Assembly: GCA_964532425.1 (NCBI GenBank)
Contig: CAZHIA010000001.1
Span: forward strand, 124,951-188,950
DNA: 64,000 nucleotides
Direction of reading: 5' to 3'
DNA from: an uncultured Candidatus Saccharibacteria bacterium
Lineage (GTDB): Bacteria; Patescibacteriota; Doudnabacteria; UBA920
Translations under genes and position numbers: made by a program
The notes under the pieces: model-generated
The model's input: only the letters and a program-made list of their open reading frames with translations
What the model was told of the DNA's origin: nothing
Databases searched by the model: none
Shown here: piece by piece, positions 15,799 through 24,562 of the stretch
Layout: each line of letters starts with the position of its first letter
Position numbering within the stretch: the stretch's first letter is position 1

Positions 15799-16275
15799 AT
15801 GGAATTGAGAGAAATATCCAAAGCGACCAAGTCATTTACTGACGGCCACGAGGCCGGCAGCCTGTTTTTTGCCTGCTGCGATTTCCGCATGCGTCAGCAA
15901 GTCAACGAATTCAAGGACCAGCAGGACAATCCGCTGATCGATTCGTTCGTGTTCCCTGGCGGCATTATGCTGTTCGTCGGCGGCAAGCACGGCCATGCCG
16001 ACATGAGGGATGGCACGATGTATTGGGTCAAGGCCATGGTAGGCTTGCATCACGTCAAAAATATCAAGCTCATGATTCATAAACAGTGCGGGGCTTACAA
16101 GACCGCTCCTGCGCTTGCCGGGAAAACGCCGGAGGATATATTCACTATCCAGATGGCGGATGCCAAGGAAGCCAAATATCTTCTTCTGAGCCATCTGCCG
16201 GAAGTAACCGTGGACCTGTACTATTTAGACATTACGGATGCAAATGAGGTTGTGTTTAAAGAGATAGTGGAATAG
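15799..16275 (+). CDS. beta-carbonic-anhydrase-like protein (divergent)
   Basis: FFACCDFRMR resembles the beta-CA CxDxR zinc-ligand block. LMIHKQCGAYK resembles the HxxCG block (VVxGHxxCGA). Spacing is compatible with the beta-CA fold. Confidence 0.45.
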   Translation: MELREISKATKSFTDGHEAGSLFFACCDFRMRQQVNEFKDQQDNPLIDSFVFPGGIMLFVGGKHGHADMRDGTMYWVKAMVGLHHVKNIKLMIHKQCGAYKTAPALAGKTPEDIFTIQMADAKEAKYLLLSHLPEVTVDLYYLDITDANEVVFKEIVE

Positions 16276-16385
16276 TCTGGATAGATCCCCTTGCTGTAAA
16301 GCGGGGGATTTTAATTATTGACAACCTCCCTGTCTTCTGATAAAAAAAGGAAGTGCGTTTCGCGTGTTTTTTATCAGGAGGAATT

Positions 16386-16922
16386 ATGCAGGCATTATAC
16401 AGAGAGGCAGTAACGGTGGTTGATGTGCATGATTACACGGCCAAGCCTCACGGAGTCGTACTGGCGTTTCCGAAGCTCAAGAGTAAGCGGTTTGTCTGCG
16501 TGTCTTGCGGTGATGGCAATTACATGCCGGCATTGTTCGAATACTTGCAGCCATTCGTACCGTTTGGGGTCGACTATTTGGTCAGTCCCGGCGGGCCCCG
16601 GTCGTTGTACCGGGACCTGATGGATCCCAGCCGGGTCGGCGTGGGACTTAAAGATCTTGAGTTTTACATGACCCATAACGGGCCGCGGGAGGTCTTTCTG
16701 GTCGGCCACACTGGCTGCGGGAAATACCGGGTCAAGCATCCGGACCGCGCGCGACATATTCATGCGCTCGACGACCTGGTCATTGAACATCTGGTCAATC
16801 TGAAGAAGTTAGTGCTGCAATCCACGAGCGCCGATAAAGTTCACCTTCTGTTCATGACCGAAGACCAGCATTACAAGATCGACAACCCCGATCAGCGGCT
16901 GATCCGCGTGACCTCGCTGTAA
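16386..16922 (+). CDS. beta-carbonic-anhydrase-like paralog (more divergent)
   Basis: Start set to the ATG at 16386 after an AGGAGGA RBS. FLVGHTGCGKYR parallels the HxxCG block of the upstream paralog. SCGDGNY lies where CxDxR is expected, but the Arg is missing. Confidence 0.4.
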   Translation: MQALYREAVTVVDVHDYTAKPHGVVLAFPKLKSKRFVCVSCGDGNYMPALFEYLQPFVPFGVDYLVSPGGPRSLYRDLMDPSRVGVGLKDLEFYMTHNGPREVFLVGHTGCGKYRVKHPDRARHIHALDDLVIEHLVNLKKLVLQSTSADKVHLLFMTEDQHYKIDNPDQRLIRVTSL

Positions 16923-16934
16923 CCTTTGTATCAT

Positions 16935-16966
16935 CAGGAATCTTCTCCGGGAGATTCCTGTTTTTT
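16935..16966 (+). terminator. rho-independent terminator
   Basis: AGGAATCTCTCCGG/GAGATTCCT hairpin followed by TTTTTT. Confidence 0.7.
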
Positions 16967-16990
16967 ATCGCGGTCTGATAGAATAGTGGT

Positions 16991-17269
16991 ATGATCAAGG
17001 CTTTTCAGGTTACTATCTCCGGACACGTCCAAGGCGTGGGTTTCCGGTTTGCCGCCCAGGCAAAGGCAGAGGAACTGGGAGTGTTCGGCTGGGTCAGGAA
17101 TCTCGAGGATGGCCGGGTGGAAATTCATGGGGAAGGGGAAGAGACCGTGCTCGAACAATACATCCGCTGGTGCCGCAAAGGCCCGCTTTGGGCCAAGGTT
17201 ACCGCAGTAGATATCCAAGAAGTGCCGGTTACGGGAGTGGTGGCGTTTACGATTGCGGATAATATTTAA
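16991..17269 (+). CDS. acyP: acylphosphatase
   Basis: 92 aa. VTISGHVQGVGFRFAAQ...GVFGWVRNLEDGRVEI matches the acylphosphatase signatures (VxGxVQGVxFR and GWVxNxxxGxV). Confidence 0.85.
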   Translation: MIKAFQVTISGHVQGVGFRFAAQAKAEELGVFGWVRNLEDGRVEIHGEGEETVLEQYIRWCRKGPLWAKVTAVDIQEVPVTGVVAFTIADNI

Positions 17270-17277
17270 AATGATGC

Positions 17278-17306
17278 TTGACATATTTGTTTATTTATGC
17301 TATACT
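17278..17306 (+). promoter_or_regulatory. sigma70-type promoter (TTGACA-17-TATACT)
   Basis: TTGACA 17278-17283, 17-bp AT-rich spacer, TATACT 17301-17306. It is followed by ~250 nt with no ORF before the GNAT gene. Confidence 0.55.
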
Positions 17307-17559
17307 AGCGAGTTCTGTAACAAGGACAATATAAATAGCGTCTTAATTGCTATAATTCATCAAAGTATATGAAACGATTCTGCCTTAAGCCGAATATGTT
17401 CATTGCCTCCCAGGGTAACGTCTGGGCGGGTTTTGACTTGTCTGGCCAAGGTAGATGTCGTTCGTAATGTAACTGTATTCATTGCGTACCTCGGCTAGAT
17501 CGGCCGGGGTGTTTTTAATTTCGCGCCCGCTCTAGAATCCACATACTAAAGGATGAATT

Positions 17560-18147
17560 ATGGAAAACAATTGCGTACCGCTCACTATGCATGGTGTCTC
17601 CTTGCGCGTTCCGCGAAAATCCACGGACTTCGAAATTGTCCTGGCGGGCATGAACAACCCCGAAACCAAACAGTACCTGTTTGACGTTATGCCGTGTTAC
17701 GAAGATGAGGAACTGAAGTGGTTCGACGAGCAGAGCAAGCGCAAGCCGGAGAACGTCCTGTATGCCATTGATGTGTTAGAGGATAAACCGCGCTATGTTG
17801 GGAATATTGGTTTGCATCGCATAGACTGGATCAGCCGCGTGGCTACCACGGGTACGGCCATCTGGAGCCCGGAAGACTGGGGCAAGCGGATTGGCACGAA
17901 AGCCAAGATGATTCTGCTCAATTATGCCTTCAACGGGCTGAACTTGCGCAAGATCTGTTCCGGCGCCATTGCGTTCAATGAGCGCAGTATCAACTATAGC
18001 CTGGCCTGCGGGTACCAAATCGAAGGCCGCCTCAAGCAGCAGATGTTCCGCAACGGGAAGTATTACGACAAGGTTCTGCTCGCTATTTTCCGCGAGGACT
18101 TTGAGCCGCTGTGGGAGCGGTTTGTAGCGACCGGGTCGGTGAAGTAA
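17560..18147 (+). CDS. GNAT family N-acetyltransferase (RimJ/RimL-like)
   Basis: 195 aa. Typical GNAT layout: LRVPRKSTDFEIVL, NIGLHRIDWISRVATTGTAIW and RIGTKAKMILLNYAFNGLNLRKI (acetyl-CoA binding region). Confidence 0.7.
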   Translation: MENNCVPLTMHGVSLRVPRKSTDFEIVLAGMNNPETKQYLFDVMPCYEDEELKWFDEQSKRKPENVLYAIDVLEDKPRYVGNIGLHRIDWISRVATTGTAIWSPEDWGKRIGTKAKMILLNYAFNGLNLRKICSGAIAFNERSINYSLACGYQIEGRLKQQMFRNGKYYDKVLLAIFREDFEPLWERFVATGSVK

Positions 18148-18164
18148 AACCCGGTTCCGGACTG

Positions 18165-18202
18165 CAACGTTAATCGTTCGCGGCCGCGAACGATTAACGT
18201 TG
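18165..18202. repeat. perfect 38-bp palindrome CAACGTTAATCGTTCGCGGCCGCGAACGATTAACGTTG
   Basis: Perfect dyad symmetry with a GCGGCCGC core. No T-run. Lies between the GNAT gene and the Memo-like gene. Confidence 0.6.
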
Positions 18203-18345
18203 TACAGAACCATGGCCATGTGGTTCGGTTTTCGTGGTGACAGTGGCAGGGGCGGATTACAGACCCATCCCTGCAAAAACACAATGACCCGCTTTGATTA
18301 TCCGGAGCGGGTTTTAATGTTACAATAGAAAAGGCGAATACGTAT

Positions 18346-19866
18346 ATGTCAAAAAATCCAATTTTACTTTTCATCAGTCTGTTCTGTTTGGTAGTCGGTC
18401 TTGCGATCGCAGCCGTACATTTTGATCGAACGGGTCGATCCGCTGGCGATCGAAAATATCCGGAACCGGTCGTCCATTACTCTTTCTTTACCCAGGAAGA
18501 TCCGTATGAACAGGCGTATCGCGATGCTGCTGAACTTCCATCCAAAGAGGCATTGCAGGAATTTCCATCCGGCTTGTTAGTGAATCACCATTTGCTTGCT
18601 TCATCGTTCATCGCTGAAGCTTTTGATCGCGCGGCAACTGCGGTTCCGGTTACGGTGCTGCTTATTAGTCCGAATCATTTTTCAGCCGGGAAGGGAACGG
18701 TTATTCTTTCAGAATCGGTTTGGAGAACGCCATATGGAGACGTGCAGTCGGATCGGCAGCTGGCACGAGCCTTGGTTGGCCGCGGTCTGGCATCCGTAGA
18801 AGAAACCCCGTTTTCCCAGGAGCATGGTATATCCGGCATTGTGGCATTCATTAAAAAGTCCATGCCCGAAGCCAAGATTGTGCCGGTCATTGTCAATGAC
18901 CGCTTGCCGATCGACCAGGCGCGGACTGTAGCGGACCAGCTTCGATCGCTGCTTCCGCCCAACACGATCATTGTTGGCTCATTCGATTTTTCCCACTACT
19001 TGCCATCGCGTGCTGCAGATTTTCACGATTTATTCAGTTCTGCCGCAGTGCGGAATTTTGACTTTGGCAGTATCGAGCGGCTCGATATCGATTCCCATCC
19101 GGGTCTGGCGCTATTTTTAGGGTTGCTGCAGGGCCCGCAATTTCATCAGCTCGAACATTCCAATTCCGCCCGGCTCGTTCATGAGGATGTTCTGGAAACG
19201 ACGAGCTATGTGACCGGCTATTTTGACCATGCAGGCAGCGCCGCGATGTCTGCCGAAACGCTGTTGGCGCTCGGACCAATCCATATATCGCCACAAGTGC
19301 GGTCCGCCCTGCAGCGCAGAGATCCTGGCTATGCCTGGACCTACCTTGAACGGTTCATGACCGGGCAAGGAAAAACGGCATCATTCGTGACCGGCGGTGA
19401 CAGTACTGATGTCCGAGCCTTGTCGAGATATGGCATTGAGGCAGTGCTCGCGTCTCGTGCTTCGTATCAAGTGGGGTCATACACCGTTGTCATGCGGGAC
19501 TGTTCCAGCGCCGCGGCAGCCCGGCAGGAAATTGATGCCGGTGCGGTTGCGGTCTTATGCGAGGGGTCTAAAAGGAACAGCGTGGAATTGTATAAGAACA
19601 AACCCATCATTTTCACCCACGGAGACCTGTTAAGCAGTAGCGGCCTTGCAGGAAAAGAACAGAGCCTGGCAGTCGGCGTGGCTGCAACAAATGCAGGACT
19701 CTCTGCGTATCTGTTTCCGGTCGGTTTTGACGGCAAGGACCAAAAATTGCTTATTGGAAAGGAAAATGATAGTGTGTTAGAAGAGATGTCGAATCATTCG
19801 CCGGTATCTGAGACGGTGAAGTCTCAGATTAAAACCGGAGTCATCAATTTTAATTTCGCAAAATAA
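18346..19866 (+). CDS. Memo-like (AmmeMemoRadiSam protein B / class III extradiol dioxygenase fold) domain protein with N-terminal TM helix and ~230-aa C-terminal extension
   Basis: N-terminal hydrophobic helix. VNHHLLASSFIAEAF, LLISPNHF and EHGISGIVAFIKKSMPEAKIVPVIV match the Memo family conserved blocks (PHAGxxYSG, GPSHH, EHSxExQLPFL...KIVPIL). The C-terminal half is unassigned. Confidence 0.5.
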   Translation: MSKNPILLFISLFCLVVGLAIAAVHFDRTGRSAGDRKYPEPVVHYSFFTQEDPYEQAYRDAAELPSKEALQEFPSGLLVNHHLLASSFIAEAFDRAATAVPVTVLLISPNHFSAGKGTVILSESVWRTPYGDVQSDRQLARALVGRGLASVEETPFSQEHGISGIVAFIKKSMPEAKIVPVIVNDRLPIDQARTVADQLRSLLPPNTIIVGSFDFSHYLPSRAADFHDLFSSAAVRNFDFGSIERLDIDSHPGLALFLGLLQGPQFHQLEHSNSARLVHEDVLETTSYVTGYFDHAGSAAMSAETLLALGPIHISPQVRSALQRRDPGYAWTYLERFMTGQGKTASFVTGGDSTDVRALSRYGIEAVLASRASYQVGSYTVVMRDCSSAAAARQEIDAGAVAVLCEGSKRNSVELYKNKPIIFTHGDLLSSSGLAGKEQSLAVGVAATNAGLSAYLFPVGFDGKDQKLLIGKENDSVLEEMSNHSPVSETVKSQIKTGVINFNFAK

Positions 19867-21713
19867 TGACAGAACAAAATCCGGTTCCGGAGCAGCAAGT
19901 CCCGGACCAAGCCGGCCTTCCTGGCAAAAAGGCGTGGTACGCAGGCTGGAAAGTTTTGAGCGCGGTTGCAATCATCGTGATTCTGGGTGCCGCAGTCGGC
20001 TATGCAGTCTATAAAAAGCAGCAGACGCGGCTGGCCGGACAGCAAACTTCTACTGGCGGATATTCCAAGGACTCGTCCAATAATCCGGTCGTGGTCACTA
20101 CCAACCCGTACGAATTTCCCGCGCCGGTCGAATATAATCCGGCCAGTAGTACCCCGGTAGATTCCAACGATCCGTATTATGAGAGCCTGGCAGCCTCGCC
20201 GACTTTCTTTGATTGTACGTCGACGACCGTTTCCGGTAAAAAAGTCAGTGGTGAAATTGAATGGCAAAGGCCTGAGCCGGTAGCCAGTACGACGCTCTTT
20301 ACTTCCGGAAATCCGTTCTACGGCCAGCCGGTCTACTACAAACTCGGTCATTTCGCTGCCGGCGGTTATGTCGGGGCGGATCTGTATTTAGTTGATGTAC
20401 CCTGCGACGGTATGTGCCTTTCCGATACATTTTATTACCTGGTCAAGAAAGGTGACAAAATATCGCTGCTCGAAAAAGAATCGCCCGGCAGTTCCGCGTT
20501 CTATCCTTCAGCTCCGAGCGTTCCGGGGGTTGGTATAGACAGAAATTACAGCATTCAGGACCTCGTTTATCCCAATTCGGTCAAAGGGCCCCAGGGTCAG
20601 TCGATGAATTTGGCCTCGATGCGCGCGCCCAAAGCGTTCTGTGCCTATGGCAAGATCAAAGCCTTTACCGATCCGGAACTTGGTGATGTCTATACCGACC
20701 CGGTCGATAAAGCGATCGAAGGCAGATCCTCCAATTACGGATTTTATGTTGAGTCTCCGGATGGTATGGAAGTTGATTACACTATCGACATTCCGTTCAT
20801 GGGCGGCGATAACATTCCGAAAATCGTCTGGAATAGCGGGAAAAAGAACATGGATGATTATGTGTATACCGACCGCACCGGGTGTGGTAGTTTCAACTAT
20901 GTCTCCGTGATCACGCCTGATGTGGTCAATCCCGAAGCTGACCTACAGGTTTCCGGCAGTGGTATCGGGGGTGAGCAAATCCTGGAGTTTAAGAACCCCG
21001 GCAATCCGTATTTGAAAGATTTCTACGAGACTTATTATTATCCGATGGATGGCGGTGAAAAAATGCCGTATGCGGACTTCGTAAAAATCCATCCCTTGTT
21101 CTTCTGGAAAGATCCGTTTGGCAGGCTCATTAAATTCCAGAAAAACTCGCTGCTGCCGGTCGCTGAGTGCGGCAAGCCGGTTATTTACCTCTACCCCCAT
21201 CAAACTCAAAAAGTTTCGGTCAAGCTGAATCCGGTTGGCGGTTTTAGCTACACTGAACCGGCCTATGGCAGTGGATGGAACGTTATTGCTGATCCGCAGA
21301 GCAACATTACCAATCTGGCTGACGGGAAAACTTATCCATACCTGTTTTGGGAAGGCCGGGGCGGATTGTACCAAACGCCCAAGCAGGGGTTTGTGGTACA
21401 GCAGGCGGATGTCCATCAATTCCTGGTAACGAAACTGGGTGAACTTGGATTGAATGCGAAAGAATCCAAAGACTTCATGGACTTCTGGGAGCCAAAGATG
21501 CAGGGTAGTCCGTATTACTTCGTAGCGTTCCTTGGTAACCAGGCTATGGATAGTCTTGCCCCGCTTTCGGTCGATCCGAAGCCTGACACCGTCATTAGAG
21601 TCCTCATGGATTTTACACCACTTGACCATCCGATTGATGTACAAGGCTATACCATTCGTACTCCGGAACGCAAAGGGTTTACGGTCGTAGAATGGGGTGG
21701 AGTGATTAGGTAA
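19866..21713 (+). CDS. membrane-anchored hypothetical protein (N-terminal TM, large extracytoplasmic domain)
   Basis: 615 aa. WKVLSAVAIIVILGAAVGYAVY TM helix after a Pro/Gln-rich N-terminus. No recognisable catalytic motif. Confidence 0.5.
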   Translation: MTEQNPVPEQQVPDQAGLPGKKAWYAGWKVLSAVAIIVILGAAVGYAVYKKQQTRLAGQQTSTGGYSKDSSNNPVVVTTNPYEFPAPVEYNPASSTPVDSNDPYYESLAASPTFFDCTSTTVSGKKVSGEIEWQRPEPVASTTLFTSGNPFYGQPVYYKLGHFAAGGYVGADLYLVDVPCDGMCLSDTFYYLVKKGDKISLLEKESPGSSAFYPSAPSVPGVGIDRNYSIQDLVYPNSVKGPQGQSMNLASMRAPKAFCAYGKIKAFTDPELGDVYTDPVDKAIEGRSSNYGFYVESPDGMEVDYTIDIPFMGGDNIPKIVWNSGKKNMDDYVYTDRTGCGSFNYVSVITPDVVNPEADLQVSGSGIGGEQILEFKNPGNPYLKDFYETYYYPMDGGEKMPYADFVKIHPLFFWKDPFGRLIKFQKNSLLPVAECGKPVIYLYPHQTQKVSVKLNPVGGFSYTEPAYGSGWNVIADPQSNITNLADGKTYPYLFWEGRGGLYQTPKQGFVVQQADVHQFLVTKLGELGLNAKESKDFMDFWEPKMQGSPYYFVAFLGNQAMDSLAPLSVDPKPDTVIRVLMDFTPLDHPIDVQGYTIRTPERKGFTVVEWGGVIR

Positions 21714-21726
21714 GTGTTGGAAAAAC

Positions 21727-21764
21727 GTTAGTACAAAAGCCGCTTGGGTTTAAGACCCGGCGGT
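21727..21764 (+). terminator. putative rho-independent terminator
   Basis: AAGCCGCTTGGGTTTAAGACCCGGCGG hairpin followed by TTTTTATTT. Confidence 0.45.
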
Positions 21765-21885
21765 TTTTATTTGGATATTCAGAGGGAAAGGGGAGGGATC
21801 ATGATTAAATGATAAGACGAATAAGACGGATAGGATGGATAGGATAAATAAGAGTTGCCAAGAGGGGGTTTTGCACATAATTTTT

Positions 21886-21914
21886 TTGCCTATAGCGTAA
21901 AAAAATGGTATAAT
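21886..21914 (+). promoter_or_regulatory. sigma70-type promoter with extended -10 (TTGCCT-17-TGGTATAAT)
   Basis: TTGCCT 21886-21891, 17-bp spacer ending TGG, TATAAT 21909-21914, about 35 bp upstream of the pilin gene. Confidence 0.55.
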
Positions 21915-21947
21915 TTTTTATATTCCTGATCAATAGAAATCAAAAAA

Positions 21948-23750
21948 GTGACGAGAAAACAAAGAGGTTTCACCATCGTTGAGGTACTGGTCAGCGTGGC
22001 TATTTTTGCCATTTTACTGACCGGTATTTTAGGCGCGTATGCCGCCTTGTCGAAGACAGTAAAAGCGGCGCGCGAGAAAACTGTCCTGTCGTCCCTGGCC
22101 TCGTACTATGTCGAGACTATCCGCAATATGCCGTATAGCCAGGTAGGAACTGCAAGCGGCAACCCGCACGGCAATCTGCCCGATTACACCAATGCGATCA
22201 CTCAGAAGATCGAAGCTTTTACCTATAAAATTTATTACGAGGTTACGTACATCGACGACCCTTCCGACGGGACGATTCTTGCCGGGACTGATCCGGCCCC
22301 TGATGACTATAAGCAGGTCAAGATGGATATTTTAAACGTGGCAACAGGGCAGGTGACGTCATTTGTGACCAATGTGGTGCCGAAAGGGTTGGAGGGAACT
22401 ATCAATGCCGGTGCCTTGCTGATCAAGGTCATGAATGCGTCGGGTCAACCGGTAACTGATGCGACCATTCACATTCAATCGGTCGGCCTGACTCCGAGCG
22501 TTGTTTTAGACCGCGAGTCGGACAGTAACGGTCAATGGGCGGAAGTCGGTTTGCCGGTTGGGGTCAATGCGTACCATATTGTCGTAACCAAACCTGGGTA
22601 TTCTTCTGACCAGACGTATCCCATTACCGTGCAAAATCCCAATCCGACCAAACCCGATGCTACCATTGCGAACGGTCAGGTGACGCAGATTAGCTTCGCT
22701 ATTGATTACCTGTCGAACCTGAATATCAAGACTTTAGACAGCTTGTGCCAGCCCGTTTCCGGCGTGAATTTGAATGTACTCGGCGCGAAGTTGATTGGCA
22801 CGAGCCCGAAAGTCTATAAATTTAACCAGAACTTCACCTCGAATGCCGGACTGGTCGCACTGAACAATATTGAATGGGATACGTATACGCCGACCTTACT
22901 CACCGGACAGTCGTGGGTGGTTCGTGGGACCTCTCCTATTCAAAAGATTGATGTTTTGCCTGGCACCACCCAGACTTTTACCATGATCCTCGGCTCGAAT
23001 ACCACGGCCAACAGCCTCCTGGTGATTGTGAAAGACAAGACGACCGGAGTGGCACTCGAAGGAGCGAATGTCCACTTGCAGAAAGGCGGTAGCGTACCGC
23101 AGGATTACTACGCCATTACCGGCGGTAGCGTCTGGATTCAAAGCGATTGGAGCGGCGGCAGCGGAACCCAAATGTGGTCAGCTACCAGCAGCAAGGATCA
23201 TTACTATCAGGACGACGGGAATGTTGATTCCAACAGCTCGCCGACCGGGCTGCGCCTGAAAAAGACCTCGGGCAAGTATGCGCCTGCCGGATGGGCCGAG
23301 TCATCCACGTTCGACACCGGGACGAATGCGACTAATTTCACGACTATCTCATGGCAGCCGACATCGCAGGATCCGAACACAGAATTAAAATTCCAGATCG
23401 CGGCTAACACGGACAATGCGACCTGGAACTATGTCGGGCCCGATGGCACTGCCGGGTCATACTATGCGGTATCAGGGAGCAACATTAGCAGCACGCTGGA
23501 CAATAATCGGTATGTCCGCTACAAAGTCTACCTTTCTACAGCGCAGAATAATAAGACCCCAGTGTTGACCTCGGTCAATCTCAATTTTGTGACCGGCTGT
23601 TTTACTCCCGGACAGGTGTTTTTCCCGGACCTGACTGCTGGCAATAATTATTCTCTCGATGTTACCCTTGACGGCTATGCGACGAAAACGATCAATTCAG
23701 TCAATATCAACGGTAATCAACCGTTGGAAATATTGCTGACGCCGCAATAA
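21948..23750 (+). CDS. type IV pilin-like protein (prepilin N-terminal methylation domain) with large C-terminal domain
   Basis: 600 aa. GTG start. N-terminus MTRKQRGFTIVEVLVSVAIFAILLTGILGA is a class III signal with G|FTxxE cleavage/methylation motif. The remainder is rich in beta-type Thr/Ser/Asn repeats. Confidence 0.8.
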   Translation: MTRKQRGFTIVEVLVSVAIFAILLTGILGAYAALSKTVKAAREKTVLSSLASYYVETIRNMPYSQVGTASGNPHGNLPDYTNAITQKIEAFTYKIYYEVTYIDDPSDGTILAGTDPAPDDYKQVKMDILNVATGQVTSFVTNVVPKGLEGTINAGALLIKVMNASGQPVTDATIHIQSVGLTPSVVLDRESDSNGQWAEVGLPVGVNAYHIVVTKPGYSSDQTYPITVQNPNPTKPDATIANGQVTQISFAIDYLSNLNIKTLDSLCQPVSGVNLNVLGAKLIGTSPKVYKFNQNFTSNAGLVALNNIEWDTYTPTLLTGQSWVVRGTSPIQKIDVLPGTTQTFTMILGSNTTANSLLVIVKDKTTGVALEGANVHLQKGGSVPQDYYAITGGSVWIQSDWSGGSGTQMWSATSSKDHYYQDDGNVDSNSSPTGLRLKKTSGKYAPAGWAESSTFDTGTNATNFTTISWQPTSQDPNTELKFQIAANTDNATWNYVGPDGTAGSYYAVSGSNISSTLDNNRYVRYKVYLSTAQNNKTPVLTSVNLNFVTGCFTPGQVFFPDLTAGNNYSLDVTLDGYATKTINSVNINGNQPLEILLTPQ

Positions 23751-23783
23751 GGGCGGCGACATTTGACATGTAACATGTGACAT

Positions 23784-24473
23784 GTGACGATTCAAACATT
23801 TCAAACCTTTTCTTTGGCCAATAGCCATCCGTCGACGCTCAGGCTGTTGCGGACCGAAAAGCCAAGTGGGGGATACGGCTTCACTCTCATAGAGGTCATG
23901 ATCTCGGTGTTTGCATTTTGCCTGATCGCGTTCGGTCTTATAGCGTTGGTCTCTGGCATATTGACCAGTTCTTCCAAACAGAGCGGTATGCTGGCAGATA
24001 CTGATCAGGCCCGCAAGGTGGCGTTTCAAATTAGTACCGAATTACGCAATGCACAGGTGGGGGCCGACGGCTCGTATCCATTGAATGTCGCGGGAGCCCA
24101 ACAAATAATCTTCTTTACCAATGCGGATCGGGACAATACCGTCGAGCGGGTTCGCTACTTTATCCAGAATGGCGACCTCTGGAAGGGTGTAACCGAGTAC
24201 AACGGTTCTTCGTATAATACTTCGACGGAAAGCTCGTACGTGGTCCAGGACAATTTAGCGAACGGATCGAACCCCGTGTTTTACTATTATGACGGCAGTT
24301 TTACCGGTTCGTCCACACAAACCTCACTGTCACAGCCGGTCAACGTTACGGGAGTTAAATTCGTTAAAGTGGTCCTGACAGTTACAAACCGGGGCGGGGT
24401 GAAAAATACCAATACCTTTACCGTGACCGCAGGCGCTGCCGTACGGAATTTGAAGACAAATCTGGGACAATAA
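23784..24473 (+). CDS. type IV pseudopilin / minor pilin
   Basis: KPSGGYGFTLIEVMISVFAFCLIAFGLIALV contains the G|FTLIEV prepilin motif. The true start may be the in-frame TTG at 23847, which would give the usual ~11-aa leader. Confidence 0.65.
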   Translation: MTIQTFQTFSLANSHPSTLRLLRTEKPSGGYGFTLIEVMISVFAFCLIAFGLIALVSGILTSSSKQSGMLADTDQARKVAFQISTELRNAQVGADGSYPLNVAGAQQIIFFTNADRDNTVERVRYFIQNGDLWKGVTEYNGSSYNTSTESSYVVQDNLANGSNPVFYYYDGSFTGSSTQTSLSQPVNVTGVKFVKVVLTVTNRGGVKNTNTFTVTAGAAVRNLKTNLGQ

Positions 24474-24475
24474 CG

Positions 24476-24562
24476 CAAATGACAAAAATTAAAAAATTTA
24501 AAAAATTGACAAAAATGCTGCAGTCGAATTTTTTTAATTTTCGTCGTTTTTGTCATTTTTGT
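24476..24562. repeat. TTGACAAAA inverted-repeat array E2
   Basis: ATGACAAAAATT...AAAAAATTGACAAAAATG-CTGCAG-...TTTTCGTCGTTTTTGTCATTTTTGTTCATTTTC. It overlaps the 5' end of the next ORF. Confidence 0.55.
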
